Shown: in pieces, positions 1 to 9,139 of the stretch
Layout: each line of letters begins with the position of its first letter
Position numbering within the stretch: position 1 is the stretch's first letter
Assembly: GCA_001777665.1 (NCBI GenBank)
Contig: MFEQ01000004.1
Coordinates: forward strand, 10 to 64,009
From: Candidatus Doudnabacteria bacterium RIFCSPHIGHO2_02_FULL_42_25
GTDB lineage: Bacteria > Patescibacteriota > Doudnabacteria > UBA920 > O2-02-FULL-48-8
DNA: 64,000 bases
Reading direction: 5' to 3'
Position numbers and translations under genes: made by a program
Notes under the pieces: model-generated
Seen by the model: the letters and a program-made list of their open reading frames with translations, nothing else
The model's database searches: none
Told to the model about the DNA's origin: nothing

Positions 1-73
1 CACACAAAATTAAATGGACTAACTCCAGTCGAGAAGTTAGCCCAAAGTGTCATCATTGACTGTTAACTCTACA
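1..73 (+). mobile_element. 3' end of an IS481-like insertion sequence (transposase C-terminus plus right end), cut by the window edge
   Basis: Frame 1 reads HTKLNGLTPVEKLAQSVIIDC* (stop 64-66), matching the H..L.G.TP tail of integrase-core transposases. The end GTGTCATCATTGACTGTTAACTCTACA finishes in ACA, as IS481 right ends do. Confidence 0.6.
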
Positions 74-96
74 TGGCTGTGTAATGCGAATTATCA

Positions 97-507
97 CTAT
101 TTTTGACCAATTCGTTCTATAAGGACCTCAAGGGATTTTCTAGTATTCTCTGTTAAATTTAATTCGAGGACTTTAGTAAGTGGGATCCAGTCAAAATCCT
201 CACCTTCATTTAAGACCATTTCGCTTTTTTTCAATTCACTCTCGATGACAAAAATATAGCTTTGTCTTTGAAATTTTTCGTTAAAATAGCTCCGTAAGGG
301 TTCTATCTTTCCAGGATCAATCTCTATACTCAACTCTTCTTTCAACTCCCGGACTAAACATTGTTCTGGTGTCTCATTATTTTCGCTTGATCCACCAAAA
401 AAACTCCACAATCCAGGATTGAACTCTGCCTTCATATCGCGTTTTTGTAGCAAGACACTTTTGGTTTTTGGATTGTATAAAAACCCTCCCACAAAAAATC
501 CATCCAT
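97..507 (-). CDS. NUDIX hydrolase
   Basis: Nudix box GGSSENNETPEQCLVRELKEEL. Confidence 0.9.
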   Translation of the reverse strand: MDGFFVGGFLYNPKTKSVLLQKRDMKAEFNPGLWSFFGGSSENNETPEQCLVRELKEELSIEIDPGKIEPLRSYFNEKFQRQSYIFVIESELKKSEMVLNEGEDFDWIPLTKVLELNLTENTRKSLEVLIERIGQK

Positions 508-600
508 TATTGTTATCTACTGCTAATTATTAAATGCCGTGGTATTAAACAAACGTCAACTTGGCAAAGCAAGCGGTTCGTGCTGTAATGTGACTTAAAT

Positions 601-1368
601 TTATTTAAATAAATCAGTTAGTTCGTATACCATTCTCAATGATGTTGCATATGCAATACTCAAGGGTGTCCGTAGTGACCCTTTTTGCGTTCTCCCTGTT
701 TTATCATCAACGACATATGCTACATTATCAGCTCCCCAATTCATATTTCCATTAATTATACCAATGACTTTGTTACTATATTTACGAAAAAGAGGAGCAC
801 CGCTGTTCCCTCCTAAACTTATACTATTAATTTGTATGTGTTGATATCTTTCTCCGACCACCTCTGTATTTGGAAAACTTGAAACAATCCCTGTGTTAAT
901 TGCAAACGGAGTCTCCCTATTATCATAAGGAGGCGAAATAGGAAAACCGGCAAAAAATACATGATCATCATAATTAATTTCTGCGTTAAAATCTAAATCA
1001 AAATATTTTATATCTTTTCCAAAATTTTCATCACTCAATTTTAGTAGAACAATATCAAATTTATGATTATGTTTCTTAAGTTTTAAACTAGCAGTAGTTT
1101 TATCCGGAAATTCTATTATTACACTTTTTACCGATTGCGCGAACCATTTGTCAAGTTTTTCATGTTCATTTAGACCAATTATTTGCTGATACTCGCTAGT
1201 GTTTTTTAATTTCGAAAACCCTTGTCCAAAAGCCACATGAAAACAAGTTAAAAAATGGCCTTTATCATTAATAAAAAATCCGGAGCCAGTACTCCATCCA
1301 TTATTAGTATAATTTATTGTTACTCGAAGTATTCTATCTTTTTTAAACGGGACATTGTTGCTAAACAT
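601..1368 (-). CDS. Trypsin-like serine protease, apparently cytoplasmic
   Basis: TGSGFF, TCFHV (His), DIVLL (Asp) and GNSGAP (Ser) motifs; no signal peptide; AT-rich. Confidence 0.85.
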   Translation of the reverse strand: MFSNNVPFKKDRILRVTINYTNNGWSTGSGFFINDKGHFLTCFHVAFGQGFSKLKNTSEYQQIIGLNEHEKLDKWFAQSVKSVIIEFPDKTTASLKLKKHNHKFDIVLLKLSDENFGKDIKYFDLDFNAEINYDDHVFFAGFPISPPYDNRETPFAINTGIVSSFPNTEVVGERYQHIQINSISLGGNSGAPLFRKYSNKVIGIINGNMNWGADNVAYVVDDKTGRTQKGSLRTPLSIAYATSLRMVYELTDLFK

Positions 1369-1386
1369 ATATATAAGGCAATAATA

Positions 1387-2478
1387 TTATTTTCCGGATT
1401 TAGTTCGATTGTCTAATTTACATAACATCTGGCAGTTTTGTGCAATTGTCTTACCACCTTCGTGCCAAGGAGTGATATGATCCGCTTCCATTTCTTCGAT
1501 ATCATAATGCTTCTTGCATTTTGGACAAATTTCATCTTGCCGCTCATAAGCCTCGCGCTTCATTTTGTCAGTAAAGGCCCGGATATTAAGATATTTTTCT
1601 TGTCTTGTAAGCACGTAGGGATATATGCCGGATTTTTTCGTCACATCTTCATCTTGCATGAGATTCTTGATTTCAACTTCTAGCTTTTTTGGATCAAGTT
1701 TCTTATCTTTGAATTCATTATACAACTCGCCCCAATTCACCACCGCCATCTCGTTTCGATAATTCGGAAACGTTTTTCGCACCCACGCAACCACGTCTTG
1801 AAAATATCCCCACAGTTCGTCAGCATTTTTATCTTTCTGATGATTCGCCATATAATCCGCGATCTCGCCGTTGTTTATCCACGAAAGTGCTGTTTCCAAA
1901 TACTCCTGTCGAATTGGCGTGCCGTTTACTAATTTTCCACCATCATTTGCCAAGCGATATGCTACGCAATTTGATTTACTAAATTTCATTTTTGCGTCGC
2001 TTAACCATGGACCAGTGTAAACAGCATTACGGATTTCCTGATCATTCACCTTCTCGCCATAAGTATTAATAATAGTGAACCAGTCTATTCGCTCCTTATC
2101 AGTCCCTTCGCAAAAATAAACCATAAGTTCGTAATCCAAAATCTCGTCCTGTTCCTCTTTGGTTAAATTATGGAAAAAACGATCGTTCAGAGAAAAATCA
2201 CCCGTAACATATTGTCCGATACTAATGGTGCGCTGTTGACCATCTAACACTTCATATCCGCCGTCGTCCCTAATCATCCAGTACATCACATTTAGCGGGA
2301 AGCCGCTTTTGATAGTTTCGATCACTGCTTTGCTTTGTTCTGGCTTGTATACAAACTCACGCTGATATTTGGGCCGAATATCCAATTTGCCACCATAAGC
2401 AACCACGCCTTCTTCAGCGCTATCTTTATAACCCTTAACTATTTCACGAATTGCAATTTTATGCGGTTCAATTTTCAT
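1387..2478 (-). CDS. DUF262 (GmrS-like) domain plus C-terminal HNH endonuclease
   Basis: RPKYQREFVY and VLDGQQR DUF262 motifs; CPKC...EADHITPWHEGGKT...NCQMLCKLDNRTK HNH motif. Confidence 0.9.
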   Translation of the reverse strand: MKIEPHKIAIREIVKGYKDSAEEGVVAYGGKLDIRPKYQREFVYKPEQSKAVIETIKSGFPLNVMYWMIRDDGGYEVLDGQQRTISIGQYVTGDFSLNDRFFHNLTKEEQDEILDYELMVYFCEGTDKERIDWFTIINTYGEKVNDQEIRNAVYTGPWLSDAKMKFSKSNCVAYRLANDGGKLVNGTPIRQEYLETALSWINNGEIADYMANHQKDKNADELWGYFQDVVAWVRKTFPNYRNEMAVVNWGELYNEFKDKKLDPKKLEVEIKNLMQDEDVTKKSGIYPYVLTRQEKYLNIRAFTDKMKREAYERQDEICPKCKKHYDIEEMEADHITPWHEGGKTIAQNCQMLCKLDNRTKSGK

Positions 2479-2513
2479 ACTAATTTTCTTAATATTTAAA
2501 TGTAACTATTTTT

Positions 2514-3620
2514 TCACTTCTTATTTTTTATGATGATTCTCATATAAATAAACCTGAATCGATTTCCTTCTTTAACTATAGGACTACCATTTAAATCATT
2601 AAAATTATCACCGTCTTCTTTGGTATAGATCTTTATCTTTAAATTATACGGATCATTTCTATGCGTTAATCCAATTATCTCAAACTGTTCGGGGCTATAT
2701 TTATTCAAAAAAGTGATCGGCACACCTATTGCGCCATAATAATCCGTAGGGATATCGGAAACTTTCGAAACCTCTATTGCATCGTAATTATCGTATTTTG
2801 GAAATTCTTCTGAGGTGTATTTTTTATAAAGATCAAGCTTTTCATGTCGTTTCTCCGTATCAAGGTTTGTGTACCAATTGACAGCTGGGACTTTTACATA
2901 TCCATCATTTGGATTATATCCTTTCCCTTTAACAAACTGCTTGTTGGCTTCAAGGTTGTTGTTATAAGGTGTCTTATATACCATTGACATATTAAAACCG
3001 TAACCAGACCACAATTTATTTTGTTTTATTAATCCGAAAACATCTTTATACGTAATAGCGTTCATGTTCCCTAAAATCAAAAACTTTTTATCGTGTTCAA
3101 CAAGCTGAGCTAGGTATTCACGAAAAAGAGAAAATGGTGGATTAGTGACGACGATGTCGGCTTCTTTGAGTAGTTCGATACATTCAGCGCTTCGGAAATC
3201 ACCAGAGCCTTTTAGCGGAGTGGCAACATTAGCATCGTTTTTAAGCAACCATTCTACATCAGATAAACCAACGGAACCGTCGGCGTCTGCATCTGGGACT
3301 TTATTTATTTCTATCTTTAATGGCTGTTTGCCTTTTGATCCAGCCACTTGGAGCAACGGCAACTGACCGCCAACAATTGGCGAACCGCTATAACTCGTGG
3401 TAATGAGCTTCTTGAGCTTTAATTCGTTGAATTTAGAAGCGAAATATTTAAAAAAATTGCTTTCAAATGGATCATCGCAATTACAATATACAACTTTGCC
3501 GCGAAATTGATCTTTGTAGTGCTTCAGCTCTTTTTCAATATCAACTAACTGAGTATAAAACTCATCTTTTTTGGCCTGGCTTGCCTTATGTAAATTTTTA
3601 TTTGATGATTTTTTTTCCAT
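2514..3620 (-). CDS. Adenine-specific DNA methyltransferase, EcoRI family
   Basis: KKDEFYT, VYCNCDDP, GDFRS and TNPPFSLFREY motifs. Confidence 0.9.
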   Translation of the reverse strand: MEKKSSNKNLHKASQAKKDEFYTQLVDIEKELKHYKDQFRGKVVYCNCDDPFESNFFKYFASKFNELKLKKLITTSYSGSPIVGGQLPLLQVAGSKGKQPLKIEINKVPDADADGSVGLSDVEWLLKNDANVATPLKGSGDFRSAECIELLKEADIVVTNPPFSLFREYLAQLVEHDKKFLILGNMNAITYKDVFGLIKQNKLWSGYGFNMSMVYKTPYNNNLEANKQFVKGKGYNPNDGYVKVPAVNWYTNLDTEKRHEKLDLYKKYTSEEFPKYDNYDAIEVSKVSDIPTDYYGAIGVPITFLNKYSPEQFEIIGLTHRNDPYNLKIKIYTKEDGDNFNDLNGSPIVKEGNRFRFIYMRIIIKNKK

Positions 3621-3629
3621 AAATGCAAA

Positions 3630-6248
3630 TCAAACACCACCTTGCTTCTTGACAAGATTATTTTTATGCTCTTCAGTATTCAATAGCCCGCATTTCTTCC
3701 ATTTTTTACCACTACCGCAGGGGCAGGGGTCGTTGCGGCCGATTTCTGATCCTTGATCATTGTTACGTGTTACGGGGCTTACAGGCTGAGGAGTGACGTC
3801 GACTCGGAAAATTGTGTACGCGACTTGTCGATTTATTTCATCGAGTAATCTGCCAAATATTTCAAACCCTTCGTTTTTGAATTCGTGTAGTGGATCGCGT
3901 TGGCCGTATCCTCGGAGTCTCACTGAATCACGTAAATGCTCCATGGTGTCCAGATGTTCTTGCCAGAGGACATCGATGGCTCTGAGATAAACCACTCGCT
4001 CTAACTGACGCATCACTGGTGCTCCTAGTTTTTGCTCTTTCTTCTCGTACTCTCGCATCGCGAGATTGACGAAGTGTTGAGTCAGAACTTCCTGATCCAG
4101 GGATTTATTTTCATCCACATCGTGTTGCAGTGGGACTATGGTTCCGATTTCATGAAAAATCTTGTGGGAATCAACTTGTTCTTGGGCTAAACCAAAGTTT
4201 ACTATGTTCGTAATTTCTTTTACTAACATATCTTTAATTTGAGCACTTAGATCGGTTTGGGGATCGAGAGATTGTTTACGCTTACCATAAATAACCGTGC
4301 GCTGTTTATTCATGACATCGTCATATTCCAACACATGTTTTCTCATGTCGAAGTTTAACCCTTCAATCTTTTTCTGCGCTGATTCGATGGATTTGGAAAT
4401 TAACGCAGCTTCAATTGGTTGATCTTCAGGAATACCCAAAGTCTCCATCATCTTCCCTACCCGATCTCCGCCGAACAATCTCATCAGATCATCTTCGAGG
4501 GACAAGAAAAATTGCGAAGAACCAGGATCGCCCTGTCGGCCAGAACGTCCTCGCAACTGATTGTCGATACGTCTGGATTCATGACGTTCAGTTCCGATAA
4601 CTGCAAGACCTCCTAATTCTTTCACACGAGCTTGTTCCTCCGGATCTGCCGGGTTTCCACCCAAAATAATGTCGACTCCTCGACCTGCAATGTTTGTAGC
4701 TAGGGTTACTGACCCCAAACGCCCTGCTTGAGCGATTATATGGGCTTCACGCTCGTTATTCTTCGCATTTAGGAGCTCATGAGGCACTCCGGCTTGCTTG
4801 AGCAATTGCGACAATAATTCGTTCTTTTCGATAGATATAGTACCAATCAGAATAGGTCGCCCAGTTGAGTGGATTTCCTTAATGGCGCGAACTAGGGCCG
4901 TGAATTTTCCTTTTACGTTTTTGTAAACTTGATCCGGCAAATCTTTTCTGATCATCGGTCGGTGTGTCGGGATCAATACTACTTCGAGGTTATAAATTTT
5001 ATGAAATTCTTCGGCTTCGGTTTCAGCAGTACCAGTCATACCGGCCAATTTTTTGTACAAACGGAAATAGTTCTGGAAAGTGATGGTAGCGAGAGTTTTA
5101 CTTTCTTGCTGAACTTTCACACCTTCTTTGGCTTCGATGGCTTGGTGCAAGCCTTCAGAATATCGACGGCCAAACATCAGACGCCCGGTAAATTCATCGA
5201 CTATAACTACTTCCCCTTCTCGAACGACGTAATTGATGTCTTTTTTAAATAAAGTTTTGGCACGGAGTGCGGCATCAGCTTGATGTCGAAGTTTAGGATC
5301 ATTATAAATCGCATCACCGTACTTTTTTTCTAATTTCACATTGCCTTTTTCAGAGAAAGCGACCTGCTTTTTCTTTTCATCTACAACGTAATCATCAGGG
5401 CTAAGTGAAGTAATGACTTTTGCAAACTCAGAATACATATCTGTCGAATCAGTATCAGGGGCGGAAATGATGAGCGGGGTTCTAGCTTCATCAATCAAAA
5501 TCGAGTCGACTTCGTCTACGATAGCATAGTGCAAATCTCGTTGTGACATTTGATTCGGATCCCAGACCATGTTGTCGCGCAAATAATCAAACCCATATTC
5601 GTTATTTGTGCCATAAGTGATATCAGAAGCATATGCTTGTCTTCGTGGCACTGGGCGCATATGTTTGACGTCCAGGACCAATCCTTGCACTCCGGCTTCA
5701 ATCTGTTTGATTTCTTCTTCTTCTGGTTTGAAAGTCGGGTCATAGATAAACGACTGCTCGTGTTGGATCGAAGCAACTGACATTCCCAAGTAGTGATAAA
5801 TCTGGCCCATCCAAGAAGCCTGCCATCTGGAGAGATAATCGTTAACTGTGACCAGATGCACTCCTCGGCCAGTTAGAGCGTTAAGGTATAGCGGAAGTGT
5901 AGCAACCAAAGTTTTTCCTTCTCCAGTTCTCATTTCAGCGATAGCGCCAGTGTGAAGCACCATGCCACCGATTAGCTGCACATCATAGTGGCGCTGACCA
6001 ATGGTTCGTTTTGATGCTTCTCTCACCGCTGCAAAAGCTTGAGGTAATAATTCTTCCAATTTGGCTTTTTGCTGATCTAAATCCAAACTCGCCAACTGTG
6101 CTTTCCATTTAACAGTTAGTGCTTTGAGATCGTCTTGTGATTTGGATTCAAATTCTTTTTCCAGGGAGTTGATTTCATCAACTTTTTTCTGGAGTCGTTT
6201 GACTACAGCCTGGTTCGAATCTGAAAATAAATTACTAAAAAATGCCAT
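3630..6248 (-). CDS. secA: Preprotein translocase ATPase SecA with C-terminal SEC-C motif
   Basis: EMRTGEGKT, DEVDSILIDEARTPLIIS, RRIDNQLRGRSGRQGDPG, GRNDPCPCGSGKKWKKC. Confidence 0.99.
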   Translation of the reverse strand: MAFFSNLFSDSNQAVVKRLQKKVDEINSLEKEFESKSQDDLKALTVKWKAQLASLDLDQQKAKLEELLPQAFAAVREASKRTIGQRHYDVQLIGGMVLHTGAIAEMRTGEGKTLVATLPLYLNALTGRGVHLVTVNDYLSRWQASWMGQIYHYLGMSVASIQHEQSFIYDPTFKPEEEEIKQIEAGVQGLVLDVKHMRPVPRRQAYASDITYGTNNEYGFDYLRDNMVWDPNQMSQRDLHYAIVDEVDSILIDEARTPLIISAPDTDSTDMYSEFAKVITSLSPDDYVVDEKKKQVAFSEKGNVKLEKKYGDAIYNDPKLRHQADAALRAKTLFKKDINYVVREGEVVIVDEFTGRLMFGRRYSEGLHQAIEAKEGVKVQQESKTLATITFQNYFRLYKKLAGMTGTAETEAEEFHKIYNLEVVLIPTHRPMIRKDLPDQVYKNVKGKFTALVRAIKEIHSTGRPILIGTISIEKNELLSQLLKQAGVPHELLNAKNNEREAHIIAQAGRLGSVTLATNIAGRGVDIILGGNPADPEEQARVKELGGLAVIGTERHESRRIDNQLRGRSGRQGDPGSSQFFLSLEDDLMRLFGGDRVGKMMETLGIPEDQPIEAALISKSIESAQKKIEGLNFDMRKHVLEYDDVMNKQRTVIYGKRKQSLDPQTDLSAQIKDMLVKEITNIVNFGLAQEQVDSHKIFHEIGTIVPLQHDVDENKSLDQEVLTQHFVNLAMREYEKKEQKLGAPVMRQLERVVYLRAIDVLWQEHLDTMEHLRDSVRLRGYGQRDPLHEFKNEGFEIFGRLLDEINRQVAYTIFRVDVTPQPVSPVTRNNDQGSEIGRNDPCPCGSGKKWKKCGLLNTEEHKNNLVKKQGGV

Positions 6249-6254
6249 ATAATC

Positions 6255-6727
6255 CGGCTACGAACTTACGAATAAATACGAAAGTACGAAAATTAGTTAA
6301 TATTTAATATTCTACGAAATTTCACACCCTCTCTTGTAAAATTTGCTAAGATACCAAGCTTCAAATCGTTTGCTTTAAGATATGCCACCACTTGCTCGAT
6401 ATTTTTCTTTGAAAAGGGCTTATCTTTCTTAATTTCAATTGCTATCTTGGATTCGACAACAAAATCTATATAATATCTACCGATTGATTCACCTTTGTAC
6501 GTTAATGGAACAAATGCTTGTTCTTGAAACTTTATTTTTCTTTTGGCAAATTCTAAAGCCACCGACTTTTGATAATATTTCTCTTGGTAGCCACTCCCTA
6601 GTTCTCTGAACACTTCGATCAAAACTCCGACGATCGCATAACTTAGCTCTGGATACACAAGATCTTGTCTACGAAGACCCGTCTGCATTTTTTCGTATTT
6701 TCGTAATATTTAGTACTTTCGTAGCCG
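6255..6727. mobile_element. Putative small element: GxxExxY gene enclosed by inverted arrays of TACGAA repeats
   Basis: Left end CGGCTACGAA with 4x TACGAA (6255-6292); right end 3-4x TTCGTA ending TTCGTAGCCG (6689-6727); 10 bp perfect terminal inverted repeat. Confidence 0.65.
6293..6688 (-). CDS. GxxExxY protein (PD-(D/E)XK-like nuclease family)
   Basis: GSGYQEKYY motif, DFVVESKIAIEIK, QVVAYLK...GILANF. Confidence 0.93.
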   Translation of the reverse strand: MQTGLRRQDLVYPELSYAIVGVLIEVFRELGSGYQEKYYQKSVALEFAKRKIKFQEQAFVPLTYKGESIGRYYIDFVVESKIAIEIKKDKPFSKKNIEQVVAYLKANDLKLGILANFTREGVKFRRILNIN

Positions 6728-6751
6728 TCCTATTATACAAAAACCCGGGCA

Positions 6752-6783
6752 AAAAGAAAAGGCCGAACTTCTGTGCGTCCGAC
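6752..6783 (-). terminator. Intrinsic terminator after the 6809-7009 orphan gene
   Basis: Minus strand GGTCGGAC-gcacagaa-GTTCGGCC followed by TTTTCTTTTT. Confidence 0.7.
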
Positions 6784-6808
6784 CACGTGATTGCCTTCCA
6801 CGGACCGA

Positions 6809-7009
6809 TCATCCTTCGAGGAGTTCCAGCTTCTGGTTAGCATCCGTGAGCTTTTGCTGGAGATCACCAGCAAACCTCCGAAGAGAACCAGCGACCAGGG
6901 CCATGTCAGGGATTTCCTTGTTGATCTCGTTGTACGCCACTATCAAGCCATTGTCGGCAAGATAGCGTGAGAGCTCGACTCTCTTGTTTTCGGTAAGCTT
7001 TTCGCTCAT
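6809..7009 (-). CDS. Hypothetical 66 aa protein (GC-rich orphan; start revised to ATG 7009)
   Basis: SD GGAGGAGG directly before ATG (MSEKLTENK...); own promoter and terminator. Confidence 0.7.
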   Translation of the reverse strand: MSEKLTENKRVELSRYLADNGLIVAYNEINKEIPDMALVAGSLRRFAGDLQQKLTDANQKLELLEG

Positions 7010-7028
7010 ATCCTCCTCCACGAGGATC

Positions 7029-7057
7029 AATATATGCTGTCTCTGACTTATTGTCAA
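7029..7057 (-). promoter_or_regulatory. sigma70-type promoter
   Basis: TTGACA-17 bp-TATATT on the minus strand. Confidence 0.75.
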
Positions 7058-7084
7058 TCTAACTGATTAAATATACAAACGGCA

Positions 7085-7119
7085 ATTTGCTACCATACTT
7101 GGTAGTATAGTAACATTTG
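7085..7119. repeat. 35 bp palindromic repeat (11-6-11 core), copy 1; copy 2 at 42811-42845
   Basis: ATTTGCTACCATACTTGGTAGTATAGTAACATTTG, 33/35 identical to copy 2. Confidence 0.85.
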
Positions 7120-7151
7120 CCCAGATGATTATTAGTCAAAATGAAAAGGCC

Positions 7152-7180
7152 ACTATAGACCCTTTCGGGCTTATTGTCAA
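7152..7180 (-). promoter_or_regulatory. sigma70-type promoter firing into the 7085-7119 hairpin
   Basis: TTGACA-17 bp-TATAGT on the minus strand. Confidence 0.7.
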
Positions 7181-7194
7181 TTCTAAACTAAAGT

Positions 7195-7785
7195 TTATTT
7201 CTGATCTTCGGGTGGACTTAAATCTACTTCTAAATAATCGTGAGGTTCGTTCCCCATCCATCTTTCCACTACTCGCAAACGTTTCGCGCCATGCATTCGT
7301 TGCATCAACTTACCGACCAACTCATCAGCTCGAGTATGCATAGTAATTGCTTTTAATCCCTGTTCTTTTGCTTTTTCAACTGTTGCTTGAAATATCTTCC
7401 CGAAATTTCCACTAGCTCTAGCCTCTTCTAAAATTGCAGCATCATATACATAAAGTTTATCTTTTTCGTTCTGAAAATCAGCATCTTGACCATATTCAGG
7501 GTCATCTTCTATAAAATCCTCATAGAATTCCGAGTTGGGTGCTGAAGCCATAAATCCGACCACTGTTCCTTCAGCATTCTTTAAAACAACGTTTATTGAG
7601 CCTGATTTCTCTAAACTAGTTTTTAAGTCTTCTTCATCCAACCGAAAATCCTCAGGAAAAACTTGAGTTTCCACGGCATATATTTCTTGAAAAATTTTTT
7701 CATCCAAATGCTCCAAAACCTCGACCCGATATTCTGGTCGTGTTTCTGAAGGAGGTAACGGTGGACGGCGGTCAGGATTCACCAT
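7195..7785 (-). CDS. GNAT-family acetyltransferase-like protein
   Basis: VVGFM strand, LYVYDAAILEEARASGNFGKI (motif A-like), AKEQGLKAITMHT. Confidence 0.7.
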   Translation of the reverse strand: MVNPDRRPPLPPSETRPEYRVEVLEHLDEKIFQEIYAVETQVFPEDFRLDEEDLKTSLEKSGSINVVLKNAEGTVVGFMASAPNSEFYEDFIEDDPEYGQDADFQNEKDKLYVYDAAILEEARASGNFGKIFQATVEKAKEQGLKAITMHTRADELVGKLMQRMHGAKRLRVVERWMGNEPHDYLEVDLSPPEDQK

Positions 7786-7786
7786 A

Positions 7787-9133
7787 CTAAGTATTCAAAT
7801 ATCCCCACGACTGGAGAAGGTCGGATTCGTTGAGCCAGCGCTCCCCGATGTCGACGCGATAAAACATGTTTTGTAAACGAATATTTTTTATACGATTGTA
7901 TGCTTGCCTTCGAGCGTCTTCAACTGTGGTGCCAGTGCCGGTAACTACCAATGCATACCCAGAAACTCCGGCTAACTGCAAAGTATTGTCCACCATTTTC
8001 AAATCCCCGATGTGTATACCATCAAGATTTGGATTTGGTCGACGGAAAAGTATCGATAAATCTTTATATGTCGAAATATCATCTGGGTCATCGGAAAGAT
8101 ACGAAGATACGGCACAACAAATGCCGAGTTGGAATCCTTTTTTGGTTGGAATCTCAAATTTTTCTCCACTTGCCAGTCGGTATAGAAATTCTCCAAACGG
8201 TAATTCCATACCAGTTGTTTGGACACTCGCTGTCGGATATCCAAATCGCGAAGTAAATTCCAGTGGATAAATTCCACGGGCATTCACGATACAATTAATA
8301 TCAAAATACCCGACATAATTGGCTTTAGCCAAATCAGTAACCATTTTATCGAGAGTCGCTTTAAACATAGCATTTGGTTGACTCCAAAACATCAGTGAAC
8401 CCATGTCCCCTGTCAGGGGCCCTATGTCTCCTGGAAATAATCGTTTAAATTCAAAATTGACATTGATCGGGTACAAAAACTCTTTGCCATTAAAATATCC
8501 ACCGACAGCGATCTCGACACCAGCAGCATAACGCTGGAGTTGAAAAGTTTTGATTTTACTTTTCCAGGCTTTTTTATTTGAAATCAAAAGTTCCAAAATA
8601 TCTCGGCCATCATCTTCTTCCCCGATAAACAACAAATCTTTATGATTTTGAGCGTGCCCGCTAGGTTTGAAAACATAACGGCTTGGGTTTTTTTGGATAA
8701 ACTCAATGGCTGCATCAAAATTCGTAAAATACCAATGCGGCAGAACATTCATACCAACTCGTTTCATTTCTGTCTGCCCAAATTCTCGGTTGTCTTCCAG
8801 ACTGTCTGTATATTTGCTTCCGCCAACCACGAGCTTACCTTTTTTACGCAAAGCATCAGCTAATTTACCAAACCCGACGTCATCAAAAACGATGATATCA
8901 GCCCAGTCGACATGATCTTCCCATTTTTTTACTTTATCTAAAATACCATCGTAAACGTCGACATCAGCTTCTCGTTCGATGTAAGCTTTTACTTCATGAC
9001 CTTCTTTTTGAACTTTCCAAGCAATATCGCCTGACAAGCTCTCAAAAGATACAAAAAGAAATTTTCGTGATGGTTTAGTTGGCAAAACAGCTTCTACGCT
9101 GGTCGTACTGCCATTACCGTTAGTGGTTCCCAT
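7787..9133 (-). CDS. PurD-like ATP-grasp ligase (divergent phosphoribosylamine-glycine ligase homologue)
   Basis: KRLFPGDIGPLTGDMG, LEFTSRFGYP and FYRVDIG resemble PurD; the N-terminal GGREHA motif is absent. Confidence 0.75.
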   Translation of the reverse strand: MGTTNGNGSTTSVEAVLPTKPSRKFLFVSFESLSGDIAWKVQKEGHEVKAYIEREADVDVYDGILDKVKKWEDHVDWADIIVFDDVGFGKLADALRKKGKLVVGGSKYTDSLEDNREFGQTEMKRVGMNVLPHWYFTNFDAAIEFIQKNPSRYVFKPSGHAQNHKDLLFIGEEDDGRDILELLISNKKAWKSKIKTFQLQRYAAGVEIAVGGYFNGKEFLYPINVNFEFKRLFPGDIGPLTGDMGSLMFWSQPNAMFKATLDKMVTDLAKANYVGYFDINCIVNARGIYPLEFTSRFGYPTASVQTTGMELPFGEFLYRLASGEKFEIPTKKGFQLGICCAVSSYLSDDPDDISTYKDLSILFRRPNPNLDGIHIGDLKMVDNTLQLAGVSGYALVVTGTGTTVEDARRQAYNRIKNIRLQNMFYRVDIGERWLNESDLLQSWGYLNT

Positions 9134-9139
9134 TATTGT

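Noticed and set aside
508-600. Integron attC site between the protease and NUDIX genes
   Set aside because: No complementary RYYYAAC/GTTRRRY box pair or long imperfect palindrome.
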